From NCBI GenBank assembly GCA_013265495.1, contig MU057981.1:181681-201680 (forward strand): a DNA stretch of 20,000 nucleotides. The letters are read 5' to 3'. The position numbers were made by a program, and so were the translations under genes. The DNA is from Vicugna vicugna. Taxonomy: Eukaryota. The notes under the pieces are model-generated. The model had not been told where the DNA came from, ran no database searches, and saw only the letters and a program-made list of their open reading frames with translations. Shown here one piece after another: positions 1 to 8,885 of the stretch; within the stretch, counting starts at the first letter, position 1, and the number at the start of each line of letters is the position of its first letter.

Positions 1-307
1 TTTGTCCTGGGGTCCCAGCAGGTGTGTCCTTTAAGACTTGGGGCCACGTCTCTTCCTTGTCTCCCCAGGTCTCTGAAGTTTCAGTGCTGAGCACCCTGGT
101 GGGCAGGGATATGGGAACAACTCTAAACTCTGAAGAGAGACAGAAAGACTCTTCTGGAAGCAAGGATTCCAGGGAGAGGCCTTGCTCAGAATTGGGGGAC
201 TATGTCCTAAGCAGACCACCAGGAGGTGGTGTGGGGCTGTGGGGTCCTCTTCAGAGAAGGGAGCAGACATGCTTCCTGGGGGGGACTCTGCTTTGTCCAG
301 TTGTGGC

Positions 308-315
308 CATTTATA
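308..315 (-). promoter_or_regulatory. Candidate TATA box (TATAAATG) with upstream CACCC boxes
   Basis: Plus-strand CATTTATA reads TATAAATG on minus, a full TATAWAWR match. CACCC motifs lie about 20-45 nt upstream on minus (plus-strand GGGTG at ~336-340 and ~349-353). No gene identified. Confidence 0.25.
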
Positions 316-2621
316 AACACCTCCCAGCCCACCTGTGGGTGGCCCCAGGGGTGGGGGCAGAGGAGGAGAGGGAAGGGGCAGAATTAGGGCCACCTAGCCC
401 CACACAGGCTGCCAAGGGTCAGTAGGAACATCTCAGGGGTCAGGTGCAGGGGAGGAGGATGAGCCCTGAGAACATGCCAAGTTGTGCAATTAAGTGACCC
501 CTGATCATGAGACACGGGCAGCCATCCACCCAAGGAGGGAGATGGAAATTTAGACCCAGGCTTTGAGACCCCTGAGAGGGGTTAGAGGGTCCCAGGAGCC
601 CTGAGGAGCAGCTCTCCTGGGGGTGCAGACACCCCAATACACACATTTCTCATGGATGCTTTTTGGGGTGCAGAGTGAGTTACCAGGATCCTGGACTTAG
701 TATGGAATCCTACCCCCTTGTTCATCATGATTCCCAACAATAAAGTCCTGTCATTTGTCCCTGGACATGCACAGGGGAGCTGATCACTGTGGGGGTCACT
801 GCAAGATGGAACCTTCTGGTGTGGGCTCTGTGACCACAGAAATCCAGGATTTCTTAACAGGAGGACCTGAAGACCCTGCCTGCCAGGACCACACTAATGG
901 GATGGCCAAGGAGCCTGTGGGACCCAGGCCACCAAGTGACCAAGTTGAGGCTGCCTGGCGGTTTTCTGGGGGTGTGCAGATTCCTGTGGTCAGCACGTGG
1001 GCCCAGCACTGGAGGATGGTCTGCCCAAAGAGGGCCTGCCCTCCTGATGATGGCTTCTAACACCTGCAGGGAAACTGCTCCCAGGGCTCCTGGAGGTCCA
1101 TAGTGAGAGCGTGGTGACTGTCCTACCAGCCATGTGGGGTCACCTCATGATGCAGAGGCAGATCTCTTCCCCTTGGGGCCCAGTGGGCACCTGGCTTTGA
1201 TCCTGCCTGTGTGCCCGGGACACGCAGCTCCCCAGAGCTCCAGCACAGCCTGGGGTGTGGTCGTGCCGGGAAAGGGAAGGCCCAGGGAGGGGGCTCATTC
1301 AGGGACAGTGGCCACTCTGCAGGGATGCTGGACCTGGCGGCTATGCAGTGCTTCAGAACTCCCCTGGGCTGGTTTCCAACCTGTGGGGTGGAAGGTCCTC
1401 TCCTTCCTGGGGTGCAGTGGGGAGAACTAGATCCATTGTGAAAGTCAGCCCCGAAAATGGAGACTGTGCTACATCCATTCCTGGAAAGAAAAATCAGGCC
1501 CCTCCAGCCCAGGTGACTCAGAAAGTCATTCAGTAATGTTTGGGGTCCCCAGTTTAGGCTCTGAATTAGAGCTGAGCGGCTCAGGAGGCCAGCTCCCTGT
1601 CTGTGGCTCCAGGAGCAGACTTTCTGCTGGGGGACAGGATCCTCACAAACACCTGTGTCTTTGTGGGTCACTCCCCTCTGACCAGCTGGGAGGCAGGGTG
1701 CAGTTGTGGGAAATCATGTTTCTGAGAGCAGAGGGCCGCCAGGTGGTGGGGGCACAGGAGACAGTGAGAATGAGTCTCACAGTCTCTCTGGAATTAAAAC
1801 GCTGGCAAATATCAAAAAGTGCATAATTTATTTTATTGAACAGGCTGCTCATGTACGTTTGGAGGGCCAGGTTCAAGGACTCTGCATCCCTCCAGGACAA
1901 TAGCCTCAAGGGAAGGACAGACAGCAGGAGGAGGTCTGGTGTTCCTCCTGGGAATGAGGCAGAACAGGGATTTCTGCAGATTTGCAAGGAGACCCCACCC
2001 ACTGAGCACAGGGTTACAACCCCATGTGACCCCTGCCTTGTTTGACTTGGGCTCTGGGTCGGGCTGGATCATGGATCGTGTATTCTTCCAGCTGAGTTCC
2101 AGAAACACAGAGGGTAGACTTAGAGAGGCTGCTTTTGGAACCTGGTGTGGAGGTGGAGGGTCCTTTATCCTGAGTCCCCTCAGCCGAATCACTGTAGCTG
2201 AGTTCCAACACCCCCCAGGCCCCCAGGGTGGCCGTGGAGGGAGAGCAAGCCTGGCAGGTGACCCAGGAGTCCCACTACTTTGCCCCTCCCTTGTCTTTGT
2301 TCCCTTTCACCCTGGAAGTTGTGATTGTCTCATGTCATGGTGACAAGCAATCTCTCTTCTCTGTCAAATGGGGTCCCCACCCCCACTCAGCCTTCTCTCT
2401 GCATGGATGCTGAAGGACCAGGCTCACTTGAAGTTCTGAGCTTGAGCAGTAAGTTGGAAACAAAGAAACCAATGGAAACAAAGAAACAAGTCATTGTGGC
2501 AAAGCTCCCCACCACAGAGAAGCTGCCCTGAGTGGAAGGGAGCGTGTGGGCATGCCCATTTGTTTCCTGTCTCCCAGTGCTCTTTGCTTTCTTATTGCAG
2601 ACCTGCATGGTTACAACAAAA

Positions 2622-2683
2622 NNNNNNNNNNNNNNNNNNNNNNNNNNNNNNNNNNNNNNNNNNNNNNNNNNNNNNNNNNNNNN
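2622..2683. other. Assembly gap (62 N)
   Basis: Run of N, with GC-richer sequence on the left and AT-richer sequence on the right. Confidence 0.99.
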
Positions 2684-3377
2684 CGTACCGGTGATTGGAG
2701 TACCTTTCCAGTTTGGAAACATCTGGGCAGGCCCAGGTTTGCAAAATTCTTTGAGTAGTTACGGAGTTTTGCTTCTAAAATCTTTTATGGCTGTGTACTT
2801 CTGAGCTGAGGTTGTGCTGTGTAATTCTGAGCAGGGATTTTCTCAAACTGTTTCTCCCCTCTTATACCGGACATCCCTAAGTTCCAAGGGGGATTAGATA
2901 TTAAGGAAGCCATGGAGTTTAGGAAAAGGATACAGATCTCATTTCCTTTTCAGCATCAGTGTACCTCCATCCTAGGCAGTATCGGTTATGTGTTATTGAT
3001 AGGGGAACTAAATAGACACCAGATTTATAGAAAGTAGTGGGTCTTTAGGTACACAAGTTCATCTTTTCAACATTTTTTTGTAATGTTTGCAGTTTAAGAT
3101 GACCATTCCTGAGAAACAGACAGCCTCTTAGAATGAAATAGCATTTTCCCTGAACCATACTTAATTTTTATTTCACAGACAGCAGGAAGGGTAATCACAC
3201 ATCACACATTTGGGGACCTCAGAGATAAGATGTAACTTTCTGGGAGCACACTCCCCATCTCCCCCTGCTGTGTTCACTGTCCCATTCCCCCTGAAGGCTC
3301 TTTTGTATCTTATGCTCATGGCTCCAGTAACTCTTTCTTCCTCCTCTTTCCACAGCTGGTAAGGTTACTTTTCTACT

Positions 3378-4153
3378 TTGACCAAGCAAACTGAAGCCAA
3401 CAGAAGAGAACTTTCACCATTAACTCCCAGCTCGCTTTCTAATGTCTGTGACCTCACTCTCTCTGCCCCACCTCTTATTACAGGTGACATCAAAAGCCAG
3501 TTCCTCCAAGAGTCCCCAGGGCCCCATCCCTCCCATCATCTCCGGGCTGTCACTCCCACAACCATCCTCTCTCTCTACCTCATATATTTTGTTCTCCTGC
3601 TAGTTGGCTCCTATCAGTATATAAACGTCCATCCTCTTAAATGAAACAAACAGCACTCCTTGACCCTAAGTCACCCCCACCAATTGCCACCCCTTGTCTT
3701 TGCAGCAAATCTTTAAGGAGATGTTTAAACTCACTGTCTGCATCTTCTTTTCAGCCATCCCCTTTTACACTCACTCTGGCTTTTCCCCTGATCCCTCGTT
3801 CTATGGAAACTGCTCTATCAAGGCCATCAGTGACCCCACATTGCTAAATATACTGGTCAGTTTTCAGTCCTCATCATGCGTGGCCCCTCGGCAGCATTTG
3901 ACCAAGCTCTTCCATCCCTCCTCCCCCGTGTTCCTGCTTTACTCGGCCTCCAGCCCATTGCTCTGTCTGCTTTCTGCTCTCAGTCCACTGGCTGGTCCAT
4001 TGACAACGTTTCCACTTTTTTCCAAACAGTTACTGTGGGTGTGCCCCAGAGTTGGGTCCTGGGTCTCCCCCCTCTCTCTCTGCTGTTCCTTTGGTGGAAG
4101 CAACCAGCCTTGGAAATTGACATGCCATCAATTTCTCGATTTGTCCAAAACTC
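3378..4153 (+). mobile_element. LINE2 (L2a-like) fragment, degenerate ORF2/RT part
   Basis: Contains the L2 hallmarks GAAGCCAACAGAAGAGAACTT and TGCTCTATCAAGGCCATCAGTGACCCCACATTGCTAAAT...TCAGTCCTCATC...GCAGCATTTGAC. Boundaries approximate. Confidence 0.85.
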
Positions 4154-4154
4154 C

Positions 4155-4717
4155 CTGCTTTGCCCTTTCTTTCTGGACCTGTCTCCCTGAGATTCATATT
4201 CTTTTTCTTTCATTCATCTTGCTTTCACATTCATATATATGTTCTACTATTAAATTATTTTCCCAAGTTTGGAATCAGTCCATATATATCATGTAAAATG
4301 CTCAAATCTATTATTTCCACTAAGATGCTTATTCTAACTTAGAACTTTTCTGCATTTCTGTATTTATGTCAATAAAGCAAATAGTATTTCTACAAGCCTC
4401 ATAGTTAAACAGTGTGTTTGTTTGGGGCTATTATGTAACATGAAATCATGATACATCAACATAGTCCTTTTTCATTTATTTTTATGTAACACTGAGGTTT
4501 TTGCACTGAAGACTGGTTTTATGGAAATTTTACCTATGTTATGGACAGTCAGTTTATGTGAAAGCCCTCATTTCTACCCTTTTCTGATATATTTTCCATT
4601 TGGCTATATATAAAATATACCTTGGCATGAAATAAAATTCCAAATTGATTCACATAATACAATTAATACATTTAAATTATATTTTTTAAATGTTAGAGAA
4701 AAAACAAACAAACAAAC
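4155..4717 (+). pseudogene. AT-rich insertion interrupting the L2; candidate retrocopied mRNA 3' UTR or orphan L1 transduction
   Basis: Non-L2, 3'-UTR-like AT-rich block with AATAAA (4371, 4631), AATACA (4665) and an A-rich tail AAAAAACAAACAAACAAAC (4699-4717). L2 resumes directly after it. Left boundary uncertain (4155-4195). Confidence 0.45.
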
Positions 4718-5099
4718 CCAGACTCCTCTACCTACTAGGCATTTCTGTGGCAATATCTAATAGACCCCTTAACCATGACATTGAAGAACTGAGATGATTC
4801 CAGCCCCTTTCCACCTGTTCAGCCCCACCTTGTCTCATCCCCTGTGGATGGAGAGGACATCCCTCCCATTGTCCAGGTCCAGATGTTGGAACCATGTTCT
4901 TTCTCTTTCTTCCTCTTACACACACACAGCAAATCCAGCTTGTTAGAAAATTCTGGCTACTCTGTCTTCATTAATCACCTGCTCCCTGCTCCCCACCCTC
5001 CTAGGAGCCACCTTCAGCCCCTTCCTGGACACCAATAGCCTCCTACTTCCATCTTTGCTTTCCTACAATCTCTCATCCACAGAGTCAGTGGGAGCCTTT
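4718..5099 (+). mobile_element. LINE2 fragment, continuation of the same element
   Basis: CCAGACTC...CTACCTACTAGGCATTTC...TCTAATAGAC continues the L2 consensus colinearly with 3378-4153. Confidence 0.75.
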
Positions 5100-5115
5100 A
5101 AAAGCTTACATTGAT

Positions 5116-5224
5116 GGGGTGGGTGTAGCTCAGTGGTAGACCACATGCTTAGCATGCGTGAAGTCCTGGGTTCAATCCCCAGCACCTACATTAAAATAAG
5201 TTACCCCCCCAAAAAACCCAAAAC
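5116..5224 (+). mobile_element. tRNA-Ala(AGC)-derived SINE, camelid Vic-1 type
   Basis: Head GGGGTGGGTGTAGCTCAGTGGTAGACCACATGCTTAGCATGCGTGAAGTCCTGGGTTCAATCCCCAGCACC with A and B boxes, then an A/C-rich tail. Decayed TSD AAAAGCTTACATTGA (5100-5114) / AAAAGCATAAGTTGG (5225-5239). Confidence 0.9.
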
Positions 5225-5703
5225 AAAAGCATAAGTTGGACTACATCACCCCTCCTCTCAAAACTCACTAAACAAGTCACCATTTCACTAGGAGCCAAAG
5301 TTGTCTGTCACAAAGGCCTCCAGGACCCGATGTGCCCTGCCCCTCGGCCAACACTCTCCCCCTCACTCTTGGGGCCTCTGGCTCTCGCTCTTCCTTCTTC
5401 CTTGGGCTCTATTCTGCTTCAAGGCCATTACTCCATGAGATCCACCAGGATTGCCTTATTTCCTCCTGCCTGCCTCCCACCCAAACCCATCACCCGAGTT
5501 TGCTCATATTACTCTTTTTTTTTTTTCCAAGCTCTTGCTACCTCCAACATGCTGCCTGTTTCCTCTGCTAAAACTCTGAACCCCCAGCGATGGGGAGTCG
5601 TGTCTATTTTGTTGACTAATAAAGCCCAAGATCCTTGGGAATGGGTCTAGTTACTAGGTTCCCATAAGTAGTAGGAGCTTATACAGATTTGCTGAATGAA
5701 TGC
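5225..5703 (+). mobile_element. LINE2 3' end
   Basis: CATCACCCCTCCTCTCAAAAC...CATTTCACT...; ends in the typical L2 tail TTTGCTGAATGAATG. Confidence 0.8.
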
Positions 5704-6625
5704 AGAGGCCCTGGTCCAATCCGATGGAGCACTTGTGTCCTGCTTAAAGAATAACTCTCCTTTCTACCTGAGAGGGGGTGACCACTTCCTTGGTGATGAA
5801 AGGCAAGATATTTTTGCTTTATGCTGTTAATCTTAGGTGGGGAGACTGGGTGATTTTCATATATATTTTAAAATTTGATTCACTCTGCAGTTTGTCTTCA
5901 GTCTCTGTATCCTTTTGAGAAACTGTTTACGAATGATCATTCTTCCATCGGATTGAACAGGATCCAGGGGGAAGGACCAAGCCTGTACCATTGGCCGTCC
6001 TGTGTGCCGTGTCCTGTGACCCACTGGATGCTCAGCATGTAAGGGAACCAACAGGAGTGAGTAAAGAGAAGGGAGCATCTCCTTATTGTGGTGGCTGCCC
6101 TCTGTCCTTGAGATTTGGGGAAGGGTTTACAAGTGCAGAGGGGAGAGGGCAGGGCCTCTGTGCTCTTCCTGAGTGCCCTCACCTTACCCATTCCCCTGGC
6201 CCCCTCTAGGCAGCCAAGCTGGGGAGCTGGGCCACCGGGGGATGTGCTGATCAATATTACACCTTCACCCCGAGTCCGGGGGTAGGGGCGGCCAGCACAC
6301 CTGGTTGTAGACTCTGAAGGCAGGTCCTTGGAGGAATTCCTCACTAATGGGATTCCTCCAAGGGACCATTTGGGCCCCCAAACTGGGCCTTGAGGGCAGG
6401 AGCCAGTCTGCCTGCCTCAGAGCCCAGGACTGAGGTGGGCGCACAGCAGGCCTTACTTGGCCAGGTACATTTCACTTCCCCAAGCCCTGTGTAAAACATG
6501 AAGCATGGATGGCCTGGTGAGCACAGCTCTGCCCTAAAGACCGGTTTCAACTCCTCTCTTCCCGGAGAACAGCATCTCTGAGCCCGTCCTGGGTGACCTC
6601 ACAGAGACCACCCTAGTGGCCCAGG

Positions 6626-7090
6626 CTACTGACTGGGAACATGTACCTTCCTGCAGCCAACACCAGAGGTCCACTGATGCATCATGTACTGGGAAGGATG
6701 AGTTCCTTTGCACTGGTGCAACATCAGAGGCTCTGCCACAGGCCCATGAGGTGGTGTGTGGTTCATGCAGGGGCACAGGATTGTAGGCGGTGCAAAGGTG
6801 TAAGTGGTGCCAGGGATGCAGAGGCTGTGGAGGGTGCAGGCAGTGCAGGGTATGCGGGTGTGCCAGGAGTGCAGGAATTGGCAGGTGTGCAGGGGGGTGC
6901 TAAGGCACCTGGAGAGGATCAGAAGGCAGGCGCATATCCGCGCAGTCAGCCTGACCCCTGCAGGTGGGTACGATGCGTTTGGGGCTGTGGTGCTGGCGGG
7001 ACGGGGCTGCCCGGGGAAGGCAGTCGATTTCTTCTCTTCCCTGCAGCCCAGCCTGGGGGTGGCCTTGGCCGCCGGAGATTTGTTGGACAT
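6626..7090 (-). other. GC/CpG-rich ORF (154 aa) with a low-complexity CCTGCA-type repeat; unassigned, possibly a decayed gene
   Basis: True ATG at 7090 (MSNKSPAAKATPR...). Locally retained CpGs. An alternative frame gives a Pro/Ala/Thr-rich string (PGALAPPCTPANSCTPGTPAYPALPAPST). No family recognised. Confidence 0.15.
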
Positions 7091-7250
7091 CGGACTCCAG
7101 ATAAGCTTGTTCCTGGGAGTCAGGACGGTTAGGTCAGGGGCGGTGGCCGCGGCAGAGGGGGAGAGTAACGCTGCCCCTGGTGAGCTGGAGGATTAGCTCC
7201 TGCCTCCTTGGCAGCCAGGCCTGGGAGCGGCCTCTGCCCCAGGTCGCTGG

Positions 7251-7721
7251 TGTTGATTGAAATAAATGCACAGCCTAAAAGTTGAGAGTTATGTTTTATT
7301 TGAAGGGAGGACTCAAGCTGGGATGACAGCCCCTCACATGGCTCTGAGGAACTGCTCGGAAGAGGTAGGGGAGGACCTAGGATATATAGATACTTTACAA
7401 CAGAGACCAGGTAGATAGAACAAGGAAAGATTACTTGTTACCTAAAGAGAACCAGGCATCTCAAGTTCAAGAATTTAGTGCTATTCTATGTATGGGAGGA
7501 AGCAAATATTTGTACTCATTGAGATCATTCCTTTGACAATCATCTAGCTAACTAGGGCGCTTTATTTTGTACTTCCTTATTCTGAGTCCCCTCAGAGGGC
7601 ACCATTGTGAGTGGCTGCAGAGGCCTGGCTGCAGGCCTGTCCTCACTAGGGTGTGGTGACATCCAATGATGCCTTGGTTTCAGGATTGTTTGCTGATAAG
7701 GTTGTAGTATTTTCACTTACA
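7251..7721 (-). mobile_element. 3' LTR of the provirus (471 bp; resembles cetartiodactyl MER41-like LTRs)
   Basis: TGTTGA...CTTACA termini. Minus-strand AATAAA at 7295-7300 and TATATA at 7383-7388. Aligns end to end with 14020-14108 plus 14755-15134. Confidence 0.93.
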
Positions 7722-7736
7722 GTACTCCCCCTTGGT
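7722..7736 (-). other. Polypurine tract of the provirus
   Basis: Minus strand reads ACCAAGGGGGAGTAC immediately before the TG of the 3' LTR. Confidence 0.8.
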
Positions 7737-8011
7737 CCTAAAGTCGACCAATATTTTGGGAGACATTTTATGACCAATTTTGTCCCAGGGTGCTAGGAAG
7801 GCTCATTCCTAGATCAAGTGAAGAATCTGTTGACGTGCCACTCAAAGTGATAGTTTTTGGATCAGGCCCTGTTGATCCTAAAAATTCTCTGGATCACCTG
7901 TCTTACTAGTCTATTATGATGCAGGAAATGTTTACCCCTCATTGCTCATTCCCATAACTAGAATCACACTATTAAAATTATTCTATGCAGGGTTATAGAT
8001 TTATCTTTTTC

Positions 8012-8450
8012 CTCAAGATGGTTAGCCATCATCAATCTTGTTGGAGGCCTACTTACAGACTGGGAAATGTAAGAGACCTCAATCTTATAAAATAGTCAGG
8101 ATATCAGTAATACAGCTAGTAACATTAATAAAGTCACGAGTAAGGATTTAATAGTCGAGAAGGCACATATTTGGGTTAAAAACTTGCTTGTGTTTCTGAC
8201 TGAGCTTGAGTGATCTTATAAGAAAATTCACATTCATGGTCAGGCTCAGAGCAGATATTATTAATTGGCCAGGGGAAGTCTTCCACCTCATAATGTCAAT
8301 TGTGGCCTAAGCCGAACTATCAGTTCTTTTTAGAATAAATTTTCTGAGGGCTATCTAGTTAGAGCCTTAGAGTAGGAAAACCCACCAAGGTAACACAGAA
8401 GTACTAGATAGAGGTAATTTACCATGAACTTAACAATTGGATTCATTCAT
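8012..8450 (-). pseudogene. env: env relic, internally deleted (SU N-terminus plus TM anchor and tail)
   Basis: 8450-8331 translates as MNESNC*VHGKLPLSSTSVLPWWVFLL*GSN*IALRKFIL (decayed CWVC/CXXC region). 8155-8012 translates as TIKSLLVTLLMLLAVLLIS*LFYKIEVSYISQSVSRPPTRLMMANHLE (hydrophobic anchor plus tail). Confidence 0.7.
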
Positions 8451-8619
8451 AATAAAAGGTATGAGCAATTATCAAAGTAATTGGTATACAGGTCTGGTCC
8501 GGTGTCTTGGGTCAGCTGTCTACCTCAGATGCCGTCTTCTTCTCATCCTGGCCTGGTAGCTTCTTCTCCATTTGAACATTGTTTTAAGGTGAGCAGTTCT
8601 CTATAGGCCAGCCCAGCGC

Positions 8620-8885
8620 AGGGGCTCTTTCTGACTGGAAACAAATCCAAAAGCCAGTTTCCTTCAGCTTTGCTGTGTATGGTCTAGTTAAGTGTATCTG
8701 ATAAGGGGTCTTTCCATTCAGGTTGGAGATAATGCTTTAAGTCATGCCTGTTCCAGTGTGTATAATCCCCTGGTTGAAGGTGATGGGGCATCAGACCTTC
8801 ATCCAAGGAAAAATTACTGAGCTTCAGAGACAAACATAGAGTGTCCTTTTAATAATTCAATTAAACTTTGCAGCAATGTAGTATA
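8620..8885 (-). pseudogene. pol: Integrase C-terminal (GPY/F module) relic
   Basis: Translates as HHLQPGDYTHWNRHDLKHYLQPEWKD, then after a +1 frameshift PYQIHLTRPYTAKLKETGFWIC. This fits the gamma-like pattern LQPGD..WKRH....LQPRWKGPYQVLLT...AKL.G...WIH. Confidence 0.85.

Noticed and set aside
739..744. AATAAA as a gene 3' end
   Set aside because: An isolated hexamer with no identifiable upstream exon.
1758..1786. Short inverted repeat GAGACAGTGAGA / TCTCACAGTCTC and RSS-like heptamers
   Set aside because: An 11/12-bp stem is near chance level, and there is no nonamer at 12/23 spacing or V/J segment.
2455..2487. 15-bp direct repeat TGGAAACAAAGAAAC x2
   Set aside because: A simple slippage duplication with no other support.
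24..2804. Numerous overlapping ORFs in the first 2.8 kb
   Set aside because: Many use GTG/TTG starts, they overlap on both strands, and none has a recognisable domain. This is expected in GC-rich CpG-depleted DNA.
3694..4296. 200-aa ORF as a real CDS
   Set aside because: Non-ATG start, lies over decayed L2 sequence, and has no coherent RT motifs in frame.
5116..5190. Functional tRNA-Ala(AGC) gene
   Set aside because: It has an extended 5' end, stem mismatches, an A-rich tail with TSD and no T-run terminator, so it is a SINE.
6650..6680. VDLWCWL resembling an ERV-L gag motif
   Set aside because: The flanking residues do not continue the gag pattern and there is no associated ERV-L structure.
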